Origin: Candidatus Latescibacterota bacterium
GTDB lineage: Bacteria > Latescibacterota > UBA2968 > GCA-2709665
Length of the DNA stretch: 64,000 nt
Direction of reading: 5' to 3'
Assembly: GCA_965219455.1 (NCBI GenBank)
Contig: OZ244744.1
Location: forward strand, 5,760,001 to 5,824,000
Shown here: positions 38,728 through 48,030 of the stretch, one piece after another
Numbering within the stretch: position 1 is the stretch's first letter
Layout: each line of letters begins with the position of its first letter
The notes under the pieces: model-generated
Told to the model about the DNA's origin: nothing
Databases searched by the model: none
What the model saw: only the letters and a program-made list of their open reading frames with translations
Made by a program: the position numbers and the translations under genes

Positions 38728-38743
38728 AGCGGCCGCCGGGACA

Positions 38744-39133
38744 CTAGCCGACCCTGAAGTTCGCAACCCCTTGTTCAATGTAGATTCTGGTCTCGATATC
38801 CACGGCCGTAATCCCTTGAATGTAAGGGTCGCCGTCGGCATTCACCGCGGCCAGAGGCAGTCCGTCGATCTGGTAGAAATTCTCTCCGTCGCAAGCTTGA
38901 GCGGTCAGTTCGGGGTCCGCGCCGGTACGCGCGCTGAATCTATCGTAAAAATCGTCCGGCGCCATTGCGTAAAGATTGGCGCCCGAGCCTACATACTCGC
39001 CCGTATCCGGGTGCCGGCTGAACCCGAGCCGTGTAAGGAATTCCGCGTGGGCCTTCAGGTTTCCCATCACCACGACGGTATCCTTTTCCTCAAGAACAAA
39101 GCTCTGAAATTTCCCGATCTCCCGTTTGAGCAT
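38744..39133 (-). CDS. Hypothetical protein (129 aa)
   Basis: AGGAGG RBS; natural composition; fills the gap between hpnE and thrC. Confidence 0.7.
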   Translation of the reverse strand: MLKREIGKFQSFVLEEKDTVVVMGNLKAHAEFLTRLGFSRHPDTGEYVGSGANLYAMAPDDFYDRFSARTGADPELTAQACDGENFYQIDGLPLAAVNADGDPYIQGITAVDIETRIYIEQGVANFRVG

Positions 39134-39222
39134 CGGTTCGGCACCTCCTTTCGTGCGCTATTATTGTTCCTTCTACCCGGTTGGCCGGCACTCCTGCAGA
39201 GCAATCGCCCAGGTGTATCGGA

Positions 39223-40413
39223 TCACCGAACGTTCCCGGGGTTTGCGGCTTCAATGGCTTCGATATATTTCAGCCCCGTCCCGGTATTGAACAGTACGAC
39301 CCGATCCGCGGAAGAAATCCACCCGTCCGCAACGAGTTTTTTTAGCCCGGCAAGCGTAGCCGCACCCTCCGGCGCCGGAAAAATTCCTGTTGCCGAAGCC
39401 ATTTCCTCGACGCATGCCATCAACCTCCCGTCGGTGACGGCGACGGCCGTACCTCGGCTTTCCCGAATGGCTCGAAGCATAAGAAAGTCCCCCACGGCAG
39501 CCGGCACCCGAAGGCCTGAAGCGACGGTTTCGGCGCCTTCCCACAGATCGGCCGACTCGACGCCTGCTTCATATGCCCTGACGATAGGCGCGCAGCCCGC
39601 GGCCTGTACGGCCACCATCCTGGGCCGCCCTGAGCCGATCCACCCCATTTCTTCCATTTCGTCAAACGCCTTCCACATCCCGATCAGACCCGTGCCGCCA
39701 CCCGTAGGATAGAGTACGACGTCCGGCAACTCCCAGCCAAACTGCTCGGCGAGTTCATACCCCATTGTTTTTTTGCCCTCAACCCGGTACGGCTCCTTGA
39801 GCGTAGATACGTCGAACCAGCCCTCATCGACTTTCCGCTCGGCCACCATCCTTCCGCAATCCGTAATCAATCCGTCCAGAAGCGTCAGGTGCGCACCCAA
39901 CCGCTCGCACTCCACCCTGTTTGCCACCGGGGCATCGACCGGCATAAAGATATATGCAGGCAGCGCAGCCCGCGCCGCGTAGGCCGCGGTTGCCCCCCCG
40001 GCATTCCCCGCCGAAGGAATGGCCACGGCCGCCGCCCCCAATTCAACCGCCCTGGATATCGCCGCCGACAACCCGCGCGCCTTGAATGATCCCGTTGGAT
40101 TGACACCCTCGTCCTTTACATAGAGGTGTGGCACACCAACCCGCCTCCCCAGCGCCCCAACCTTCAGCAGTGGCGTGAACCCCTCTCCCAGGCTCACCCG
40201 GCACGCGGCCCGTTCGACGGGTAAGACTTCCTCGTACCGCCACATCGTCGCCACTCGTCCGGCCAAACCCGCTCTATTGAGTGATCTCGACGCTTTTTCC
40301 AAATCGTACCTGGCGAAAAGCGGCGCCTCACAGCAGGCGCTCAGATTCCACAGTCTATGCTTTTCGTGGGTTCCTCCACACCGGGTACATTCCAGGTCGA
40401 CCAGATATCCCAT
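39223..40413 (-). CDS. thrC: Threonine synthase (PLP, N-terminal Zn-ribbon type)
   Basis: CTRCG...CC, SLGEGFTPL, NPTGSFKARG, SAGNAG, EGKKTMG, PTGGG, FNTGTGLKY. Confidence 0.9.
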   Translation of the reverse strand: MGYLVDLECTRCGGTHEKHRLWNLSACCEAPLFARYDLEKASRSLNRAGLAGRVATMWRYEEVLPVERAACRVSLGEGFTPLLKVGALGRRVGVPHLYVKDEGVNPTGSFKARGLSAAISRAVELGAAAVAIPSAGNAGGATAAYAARAALPAYIFMPVDAPVANRVECERLGAHLTLLDGLITDCGRMVAERKVDEGWFDVSTLKEPYRVEGKKTMGYELAEQFGWELPDVVLYPTGGGTGLIGMWKAFDEMEEMGWIGSGRPRMVAVQAAGCAPIVRAYEAGVESADLWEGAETVASGLRVPAAVGDFLMLRAIRESRGTAVAVTDGRLMACVEEMASATGIFPAPEGAATLAGLKKLVADGWISSADRVVLFNTGTGLKYIEAIEAANPGNVR

Positions 40414-40579
40414 CAACCCTCCTATTAGAGAAAGGGAAACGAGCATCCAGGCATTCTTCCGCCGAATCGACGTGGCGGAACTTACTTATCATGCACTCCG
40501 GCCTGGAGGTTGTCAAGCGCGATGGCGCAGGTTCGAAGCAAGCGGGTCCACAGCCGAGAATTCCCGAAGGACGACTCCC

Positions 40580-41902
40580 TCACCCACCGATGAGTCCATA
40601 ATCTCTGATCTTTCTTCTGAGCGTTGGACGCGAAACGCCCAGAATCTCGCAGGCCCTGCCCCGGTTCCAGCCCGTTGCATTCAGAATCTGCTCAATATGC
40701 CTGCGTTCCACGTCCGCCAGGGTCAGCGATTCGCCGGTCTCGCCCGATTCATCCCAAATCAACCCCTTCAGGTGATTACACTGCACCGTTCGGCCCCGGC
40801 AATGAAGCGCCGCCCTGATCAGCACATTCTGCAGTTCCCTGACGTTACCCGGCCACGGATAGACCATGAGCCTGTGCATGGCCTCCTGAGATATGCCGGC
40901 CAGGCTTCGACCTGTCCGGCGCTGGATCTCGCTCAGCGTCCGCCGCACAAGCAAGGGTATATCCGAAAGCCGGTCTCGAAGCGGGGGCAATTGAACGGTT
41001 ACCTCGCTGAGTCTGTAATAGAGGTCCGCCCTGAAAGACCCTTTCGCCACCAGATGCTCCAAGTCTGCATTCGTGGCCGCCACCACCCGCACATCCGGAC
41101 GGATCGATTCCTGGCCGCCCACGCGACAGAACTCGACCTGGTCCAGTACGCGCAAGAGCTTGGCCTGAAACGTTGGAAGCGCGTCACCGATCTCGTCCAG
41201 GAAAAGCGTGCCATGGCTGGCCTGCTCAAAACACCCCGCGCGCCGGCCGGCAGCACCCGTGAAGGCGCCGCGCTCGTGCCCGAACAATTCACTCTCAGTA
41301 AGAGTCTCCATAACGGCCACGCAATTGACGGCCACGAACGCCCCCGGTCTCCGAGACGTCCGGTGGATTTCCCTGGCCATCAACTCCTTGCCGGTGCCGC
41401 TTTCTCCGCAGACCAGAACCGTCGCCGAACTCCCGGCTACCGCAGCCACCGTTTTCAACGCCTCGACCATCTTCTGGGAACGCCCCACAACCATCTCGCC
41501 GTCTACGTCGGAGTCGGGTTCGACCGGACCTGTATCCGCCGGTGTCGGGTTCCGCTCGCTGCGCAGGCGATACAACAGCCCGTCCAGCGTCGGGTCGTCC
41601 ACGGGCTTGGACAAACAGTCGTACGCACCTCCTGAAATGGCCGTGAAAACCTGGTCAGGAGAAAATCCCTCACTTACCATAACCACCGGCGTATGCTTGT
41701 GTGCTTCCTCAAGAACAGGAAAACCGTCTCCATCCGGGAGTTCGGCCTCGGCGAAGACGCATGCCGGGCGGCCGCGCCTGTACATCCGCAAGCCTTCCCG
41801 CGCGGTTCCCGCACACGCAACACTCACCCCCCGCCTCTTCAAACGGTCTTTCATTTCCTTCCGAAATTGTCTGTCGCCATCCACCAGAAGCACGTGCTGC
41901 AT
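40580..41902 (-). CDS. Sigma54-dependent response regulator (REC-AAA+-Fis HTH), atypical receiver
   Basis: GESGTGKE, ELFGHERGAFTGA, LFLDEIG, WPGNVREL, C-terminal HTH; receiver reads VFAEAELP. Confidence 0.92.
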   Translation of the reverse strand: MQHVLLVDGDRQFRKEMKDRLKRRGVSVACAGTAREGLRMYRRGRPACVFAEAELPDGDGFPVLEEAHKHTPVVMVSEGFSPDQVFTAISGGAYDCLSKPVDDPTLDGLLYRLRSERNPTPADTGPVEPDSDVDGEMVVGRSQKMVEALKTVAAVAGSSATVLVCGESGTGKELMAREIHRTSRRPGAFVAVNCVAVMETLTESELFGHERGAFTGAAGRRAGCFEQASHGTLFLDEIGDALPTFQAKLLRVLDQVEFCRVGGQESIRPDVRVVAATNADLEHLVAKGSFRADLYYRLSEVTVQLPPLRDRLSDIPLLVRRTLSEIQRRTGRSLAGISQEAMHRLMVYPWPGNVRELQNVLIRAALHCRGRTVQCNHLKGLIWDESGETGESLTLADVERRHIEQILNATGWNRGRACEILGVSRPTLRRKIRDYGLIGG

Positions 41903-41955
41903 AGACGGACCTCCATTCTGTGACCGGGACACCACCGAAGAACTCCCGATTGCTA

Positions 41956-41971
41956 TGCAGACCGCGTACCG
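41956..41971 (-). promoter_or_regulatory. Putative sigma54 (-24/-12) promoter
   Basis: Minus strand CGGTACGCGGTCTGCA versus consensus TGGCACG-N4-TTGCW; GG-N10-GC spacing exact; ~55 bp before the ATG. Confidence 0.45.
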
Positions 41972-42305
41972 GCGAGACGATCGCCAGGGAGAAAATGCTG
42001 CAACTCTTATCCTTGCAGAGACTAAGGCGCAAACTTCACAAAATCGAAATCCCTCCGATTGCGAACGGTTGTCGTGTTATACAGGACAGAAGTCGTGGCG
42101 ACTGACGTGTGCCGCACGGCATCAATACGGATCCCCCGGATGTGACACGGCACCCGGAAATTGCAGAAGGGCGATGACCGACCACACTGAGTACCCTCAT
42201 CTTACCTGTCCCTGGAACCGGACCTGTATTGCGGGGCGGTGTCCGTTAGGGCAGACGCAACCGTGAACCCCCGCTCTCCAGGGCTCCCGCGCCACCTGGT
42301 CACTC

Positions 42306-42346
42306 ATGAAAACAGCAGAGCGCTGTAAGGGAAAACGCTCTGCTGT
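42306..42346 (-). terminator. Intrinsic terminator after the FN3 gene
   Basis: Perfect 11-bp stem ACAGCAGAGCG/CGCTCTGCTGT followed by TTT on the minus strand. Confidence 0.65.
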
Positions 42347-42374
42347 CTGCGATGGGTTCTATTCCTTCAGAAAC

Positions 42375-45300
42375 CTACGGAATCACCACAACCGCCGAAT
42401 CTGACGGATCACTGAATGCTGTCCCGTCAAGAGACACGATGCGATAGATATACGTGTTGCCCGAGTCGACGTCTGAATCGATATACGTCGTACCCTGTAG
42501 TCTAAACGCTACAGTTTCAAATCGGTTACTCGAGGAGGTGCTCGCCTTCTGTCGGTAAACCCCGAAGCTGGTAATGCCGGTGGGCGCCCTCCAGGTGACG
42601 ACAACGACAAGCCCTTCAACCTCACGCTCTTTTACAACAGCGGTGACGTTGGTCGGTTTTGCCACTACCCTTCTGGAGCCGGTCTGCAACGACACCATAC
42701 TCGAAGCCCCGCTCTCATTGCCGCTGGCATCGATGGCTCGCACCTGGTAGTTGTACGTCGTCGACGTCTCCAGATCGTCGTCGCGAAAACTTAGAGTGGT
42801 CGAGTCAACCGTTGCAATCCACGCAAACCCGGCAGATCCTGTGCCCTCCGACCGGTAAATCCTGTACTGGTGAAGGCCCGTCTGTTCCGAACCGTCGTCA
42901 TCGGTTGTGGATACACGCCAGGTCAGCAGAATCTTCGTATTGCTTGACAATTTCGCATACAGGAATTCCGGCGGGGCGGGCGCTTGTTCATCCTCAACGG
43001 TTGAACCCGTCTCCAACGACACCGTCTTTGAAGCCTCGCTCTCGTTTCCACTGGCGTCGATTGCCCGGACATGGTAGTTGTACGTCGTCGACGTCTCCAG
43101 ATCGTCGTCCCGATAACTCAGCGCGGTCGAATCAACCGTTGCGATCCACTCAAACCCGGCCGATGCTGATTCCTCCGACCGATAAATCCTGTAATGGGAA
43201 AGGCCGGTTTGATCCGATCCGTCCTCATCGGTAGTGGATGCGCGCCAGGACAACTGAATCGCCGTATTGCCCGACAGTTCCGCGTACAGGAAATCCGGCG
43301 GGGCAGGCGCTTGTTCATCCTCAACGGTTGAACCCGTTTCCAACGACACCGTCCTTGAAGCCTCGCTCTCGTTTCCACTGGCGTCAATTGCTCGGACCTG
43401 GTAGGTGTACGTCGTCGACGTCTCCAGATCGTCGTCCCGATAGCTCAGCGTGGTCGAGTCAACCGTTGCAATCCACGCAAACCCGGCCGCGCCTGTGCCC
43501 TCCGACCTGTAAATCCTGTACTGGTGAAGGCCTGTCTGTTCCGAACCGTCGTCATCGGTTGTGGATGCGCGCCAGGTCAGCAGAATCTTCGTATTGCTTG
43601 ACAATTTCGCATACAGGAATTCCGGCGGGGCAGGCGCTTGTTCATCCTCAACGGTTGAACCCGTCTCCAACGACACCGTCTTTGAAGCCTCGCTCTCGTT
43701 TCCACTGGCGTCGATTGCCCGGACATGGTAGTTGTACGTCGTCGACGTCTCCAGATCGTCGTCCCGATAACTCAGCGCGGTCGAATCAACCGTTGCGATC
43801 CACTCAAACCCGGCCGATGCTGATTCCTCCGACCGATAAATCCTGTAATGGGAAAGGCCGGTTTGATCCGATCCGTCCTCATCGGTAGTGGATGCGCGCC
43901 AGGACAACTGAATCGCCGTATTGCCCGACAGTTCCGCGTACAGGAAATCCGGCGGGGCAGGCGCTTGTTCATCCTCAACGGTTGAACCCGTTTCCAACGA
44001 CACCGTCCTTGAAGCCTCGCTCTCATTGCCGCTGGCATCGATGGCTCGCACCTGGTAGTTGTACGTCGTCGACCTCTCCAGATCGTCGTCGCGAAAACTT
44101 AGAGTGGTCGAGTCAACCGTTGCAATCCACGCAAACCCGGCAGATCCTGTGCCCTCCGACCGGTAAATCCTGTACTGGTGAAGGCCCGTCTGTTCCGAAC
44201 CGTCGTCATCGGTTGTGGATACACGCCAAGTCAGCAGAATCGTCGTATTGCTTGACAATTTCGCATACAGGAATTCCGGCGGGGCGGGCGCTTGTTCATC
44301 CTCAACGGTTGAACCCGTCTCCAACGACACCGTCTTTGAAGCCTCGCTCTCGTTTCCACTGGCGTCGATTGCCCGGACATGGTAGTTGTACGTCGTCGAC
44401 GTCTCCAGATCGTCGTCCCGATAACTCAGCGCGGTCGAATCAACCGTTGCGATCCACTCAAACCCGGCCGATGCTGATTCCTCCGACCGATAAATCCTGT
44501 AATGGGAAAGGCCGGTTTGATCCGATCCGTCCTCATCGGTAGTGGATGCGCGCCAGGACAACTGAATCGCCGTATTGCCCGACAGTTCCGCGTACAGGAA
44601 ATCCGGCGGGGCAGGCGCCGGGTCGTCGGAAACGGTAGCTAAGACGAAATCCGACAATCTGCTCTTGAGCCCGCCGGAGCCCACCGCGCGCACGCGATAT
44701 GCGAATATTTGGCCCCCGACCAGAGGCGAATCTACATAGGCTGGCCACAAGGTGTTGAACGTAGCGATAGCTTCCGGCTGTCGCGGGTCGCTGTAGCGCA
44801 TCACTTCGTAACCGCTCAGTTGCGGCTCCGAATTCGCTTCCCAGGCAAGTGTAATTTTGCCCTTGCCGGCGATAGCCGTAACACGGGTAGGCGTAGTAAG
44901 ACCAGGCGTGCTGACGGATGACGGCTCGGACCGGGGCCCGCCGTTTTTCGCGAAGTCAACTGCGTTCACGGTGTAATAATACAGCGTTAGCGGCTCCACC
45001 GTGGTATCCCGGAACGTGGTCTGCGTTCCTGGAACCTGTGCCATTTCCACAAAAGAACTGGCGGTCTGTTTGGATCGGAAGATCCGGTAATAGGAAAGCC
45101 CCGTCAGGTCTTCGCCACCGTTATCCTTTGTAGGGGGCGCCCAACTCAGCAATACGGCGCCAGCATCGTCATCATCCAGGCTTACGCTTAAGTCCGTCGG
45201 CGCCGATGGAGGCGCCTCGTCCACCTCGGCCTGACCGTCGACGAACGGTGACGCTTCGCCAACTAAAATACCAAGCTCAGGATCTTGTAAAACCGCCTGG

Positions 45301-46283
45301 ACGCGGTAAAAATAAATCACATCGAACTTCACGTCCGTATCGGTATACACGGTCTGGGCCGTGGTAAACGGAGTATTCGACGACACCGGCTCAAACGGCG
45401 CCTGGGTGGACGTAGAGCGCAACACCAGATAACCCAGAAGATTTTCTTCGTTCGACGGGTTCCAGTGCAACTCGATTTTGCCGACCTTGCTGATGCTGCG
45501 CAGGCCACCCGGCGCGGCAATTACAGTTTCCAGCGTGTTAACCGACGCGGAGCGGGAACGCGCGCTTTCGTTGTCGAACCTGTCGATTGCAGAAATCTGA
45601 TAGAAATACCGAACATCGGTCTCCAGACGCGTTGTATCCGTATACGTGGTCTGCCCGGCGGGAACCGTAGCAATCTGAACATAGGCGTCTTCGGTGTCTC
45701 TTGCCCTGAAAACCCTGTAACCGTCCAGACCGGTCAGGTCCTGGTCGCCCTCATCCACTCTGGGTGCATTCCATACAAGCGCCACGTGACCGGCTTTCCC
45801 GTCCCTTACGGCGGAGAGATTCGAAGGTGACCCCGGCGGCCTTTTGTCTTCGCGTACCTCGGCGCTCACGAAGGCGGATCTTTCGCTGGATTGTCCGTTG
45901 ACATCCACCGTGTTGACCCTGTAGAAATAAACTTTCGACGCCGAAACATCCATTGTCGAGTCGACGAAGACCGTGCGTCCGGTCGTTACATTCGCATCGT
46001 TCGACTCGCCGCTCAACCGGGTATACTCGCCCGTGGCCGATGTAGCGCGCCAGACGCCATAACCCGCCAGGTCGTCTATTTTCACGGCATCCCAGGTTAC
46101 CAGAATTCGGCCGATGTCTCCCTGCGCCCGGATGTTTCCGGGCGGGTTCAGCGCCTCGCCTCCGGGAAAGTTCGGATCGACGGGATTCTCCCGCTCCCGA
46201 CCGCAACGTCCCACGCCCACCAGGACAATGGCCAGCATGCCCCACACCCCCAGTCGGAGGGGGCTGAATTTCCATCGCGCCAT
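42375..46283 (-). CDS. Large fibronectin type III repeat surface (lipo)protein
   Basis: N-terminal hydrophobic segment plus Cys (VGRC-GRERENPVDP); ~12 FN3 domains (LxW...YRIYRS...YxD...YxYxVxAxD..GNES). Confidence 0.88.
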   Translation of the reverse strand: MARWKFSPLRLGVWGMLAIVLVGVGRCGRERENPVDPNFPGGEALNPPGNIRAQGDIGRILVTWDAVKIDDLAGYGVWRATSATGEYTRLSGESNDANVTTGRTVFVDSTMDVSASKVYFYRVNTVDVNGQSSERSAFVSAEVREDKRPPGSPSNLSAVRDGKAGHVALVWNAPRVDEGDQDLTGLDGYRVFRARDTEDAYVQIATVPAGQTTYTDTTRLETDVRYFYQISAIDRFDNESARSRSASVNTLETVIAAPGGLRSISKVGKIELHWNPSNEENLLGYLVLRSTSTQAPFEPVSSNTPFTTAQTVYTDTDVKFDVIYFYRVQAVLQDPELGILVGEASPFVDGQAEVDEAPPSAPTDLSVSLDDDDAGAVLLSWAPPTKDNGGEDLTGLSYYRIFRSKQTASSFVEMAQVPGTQTTFRDTTVEPLTLYYYTVNAVDFAKNGGPRSEPSSVSTPGLTTPTRVTAIAGKGKITLAWEANSEPQLSGYEVMRYSDPRQPEAIATFNTLWPAYVDSPLVGGQIFAYRVRAVGSGGLKSRLSDFVLATVSDDPAPAPPDFLYAELSGNTAIQLSWRASTTDEDGSDQTGLSHYRIYRSEESASAGFEWIATVDSTALSYRDDDLETSTTYNYHVRAIDASGNESEASKTVSLETGSTVEDEQAPAPPEFLYAKLSSNTTILLTWRVSTTDDDGSEQTGLHQYRIYRSEGTGSAGFAWIATVDSTTLSFRDDDLERSTTYNYQVRAIDASGNESEASRTVSLETGSTVEDEQAPAPPDFLYAELSGNTAIQLSWRASTTDEDGSDQTGLSHYRIYRSEESASAGFEWIATVDSTALSYRDDDLETSTTYNYHVRAIDASGNESEASKTVSLETGSTVEDEQAPAPPEFLYAKLSSNTKILLTWRASTTDDDGSEQTGLHQYRIYRSEGTGAAGFAWIATVDSTTLSYRDDDLETSTTYTYQVRAIDASGNESEASRTVSLETGSTVEDEQAPAPPDFLYAELSGNTAIQLSWRASTTDEDGSDQTGLSHYRIYRSEESASAGFEWIATVDSTALSYRDDDLETSTTYNYHVRAIDASGNESEASKTVSLETGSTVEDEQAPAPPEFLYAKLSSNTKILLTWRVSTTDDDGSEQTGLHQYRIYRSEGTGSAGFAWIATVDSTTLSFRDDDLETSTTYNYQVRAIDASGNESGASSMVSLQTGSRRVVAKPTNVTAVVKEREVEGLVVVVTWRAPTGITSFGVYRQKASTSSSNRFETVAFRLQGTTYIDSDVDSGNTYIYRIVSLDGTAFSDPSDSAVVVIP
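42680..44618 (-). repeat. Intragenic tandem repeat, 654-bp AB unit x3 (six 327-bp FN3 modules)
   Basis: Matching anchor CAGGCGC at 44612, 43958 and 43304; shadow ORFs 43238/43892 are also offset by 654. Confidence 0.93.
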
Positions 46284-46353
46284 AAACCTCTCCTTCACGC
46301 ACAAGAGCTACGGATACTTGACGGCCGCCGGTTGACAGCCGCTGCCTCCTCGA

Positions 46354-46791
46354 CTAAAAATGCCTCTTGACGGCAACTTTGACCATTCTTTTGTTGACAT
46401 CGCTCGTCATATCCAAATTAAGCTTTTTTTTCCTGTGGATCTTTGAAACGGTGTCGTCCACACCGCTTGAGAGTATCAAGCGCAACCCACTGGCCAGCAG
46501 AACGACAGACAGCCCGACACTCATTTTGCTTTTGGTATCGTAGTCGCCCGTCCGGTCGAACAACCGCGCCGCCTCTTCCGACGTATGGGCGAGTTTATAG
46601 GCGTCGTAGGTTCTGTTGGCGTCCCTGCGGAAATCAACGGCCTTCGTGGCCATCACAGTGCTTCCGCCCAGAAATAGTACGCCGAATGTCCGGCGGGACG
46701 TAAAAAACGACTTCGCCTGAACCGGTTCGGCCGTTATCCCGACCACAAGTGCAAGCAAGCAGCAAATCGCCTGCGGGACCCGCTTACGCAT
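46354..46791 (-). CDS. Hypothetical exported/membrane protein
   Basis: Signal peptide (VQA|K), two hydrophobic segments around ANRTYDAYK; GGAG RBS. Confidence 0.7.
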   Translation of the reverse strand: MRKRVPQAICCLLALVVGITAEPVQAKSFFTSRRTFGVLFLGGSTVMATKAVDFRRDANRTYDAYKLAHTSEEAARLFDRTGDYDTKSKMSVGLSVVLLASGLRLILSSGVDDTVSKIHRKKKLNLDMTSDVNKRMVKVAVKRHF

Positions 46792-47084
46792 AACCAGACT
46801 CCTGCAAATTGGAAACCCTTCTCCCGTCCGTGGGACCGTCGGTACGTTTAGACAGCATGAATCACGCAAAAGTTTCGTGGATTCTCCTCAGACACGGGTG
46901 CTTGTCCGGAAGGGTGGCACGACCAGGGGTCGGTCAATCAATCCCTGAGGTTTAAAAGAGCCGGGAAATGACATCATGGTGGGAGGTACATACCGCAGCA
47001 AGGCGTTGACCTTGGAGGAAAAGTTAGAACAGTATAACAAAACAGGTGGCAAAAGGCAACCGGAAATCGTCAGTCTACGGTCGT

Positions 47085-47855
47085 CTAATCGTAGACCCGA
47101 TCTTCGTAATTCTTCTCCCAGGTGCGGTCGTCCCGCACCACGCAGGTGCCTGCCAATCTGTCGTGAAGCGCCTGTCTCCGCTTGTCCCAGATCATCCAAA
47201 GTATACTTACGCCAAGCGTCAGCCCCATTAGCAGGTACTGTCCCCAGAATCGGATCAGCGCCCGCCTTACACCGACGGGTTCCCCCGTCCGTCGGATGAG
47301 CCGGATGCCAGCCTCCCGCATGCCGGGCGTACTTCCGGTGCGACCCCAGGCAGGAACGATCAGCAACGCCTTGTAACTCAAAAAACACAGCGTAACCAGA
47401 CCGACCCGCAACCACTGTTCCACGTTCTTCCAGGCCACCGGATCCCCTGCTATCAGACCTGCGCCGAATTCCTGCAGCGGCGACGGACCGCGGCGAGCGG
47501 AGACGGCGGCAGTCGGCGGCTCGTCGTTTCCGAGATTCGATACGAGCAGAATCAGGGACTGACACGTCAGGAATAACGCGCCCAGAATCAGAAGGTGGAT
47601 GAAGAGATCGATCAGGCTAGCCCATAGACGCCGAAATAAGCCCGCACACACCGCATTTGAAGAGGTCTGCCGGTTGTGATGACTTTCCAGACTCGTCAGC
47701 CGATTCCGGATCTCGGCCCGCAAACCTTCCGCCCGCAACGGATATTCCCCGCGGTCCACGTGCGCGTACATATCCTCCAGTTCCGACAGCGTACTGGACC
47801 GAATGCGCTCCTCGTAGGCCTTATCATGTGGACCCGTTCCCGCATCCGGCTCCAT
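47085..47855 (-). CDS. RDD-family membrane protein
   Basis: AGLFRRLWASLID, GSTPGM, ALIRF, RQALHDRLAGTCVV; start moved to ATG 47855 because the longer ORF starts inside a MITE. Confidence 0.88.
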   Translation of the reverse strand: MEPDAGTGPHDKAYEERIRSSTLSELEDMYAHVDRGEYPLRAEGLRAEIRNRLTSLESHHNRQTSSNAVCAGLFRRLWASLIDLFIHLLILGALFLTCQSLILLVSNLGNDEPPTAAVSARRGPSPLQEFGAGLIAGDPVAWKNVEQWLRVGLVTLCFLSYKALLIVPAWGRTGSTPGMREAGIRLIRRTGEPVGVRRALIRFWGQYLLMGLTLGVSILWMIWDKRRQALHDRLAGTCVVRDDRTWEKNYEDRVYD

Positions 47856-47873
47856 AATCTCTCCTGCCGACTC

Positions 47874-48020
47874 TGGTGTCCCTTCCCAGAAATACGTCAC
47901 CATTTATCCGCCTGTCTGCGTGCAGATCTTCCGCACAGGCAGGCCGATTCATCCCGTCTCGCTGCGTTGCCTTTGCTCGACGGCCGAATTCAGGCAATCT
48001 ATTTCAGGGACAGAACACTT
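47874..48020. mobile_element. MITE-like element, copy 4 (longest, with nested 33-bp palindrome)
   Basis: TGGTGTCCCTTCCCAGAAATACGTCACC ... GCCGAATTCAGGCAATCTATTTCAGGGACAGAACACT. Confidence 0.72.
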
Positions 48021-48030
48021 GATCCTGCTT

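Noticed and set aside
40175-41635. Long antisense ORFs (486 aa here; also 16072-17472, 13291-14379, 22577-23737, 48550-49704, 8571-9632)
   Set aside because: They lie opposite well-supported genes, have Arg/Pro/His-rich non-protein-like composition and are expected shadows of GC-rich codon usage.
42680-44618. Near-identical repeats considered as a CRISPR array or DGR template/variable repeats
   Set aside because: The units are in-frame 327-bp protein domains with no unique spacers; no adenine-specific pattern was evident and no reverse transcriptase or cas gene is in the window.
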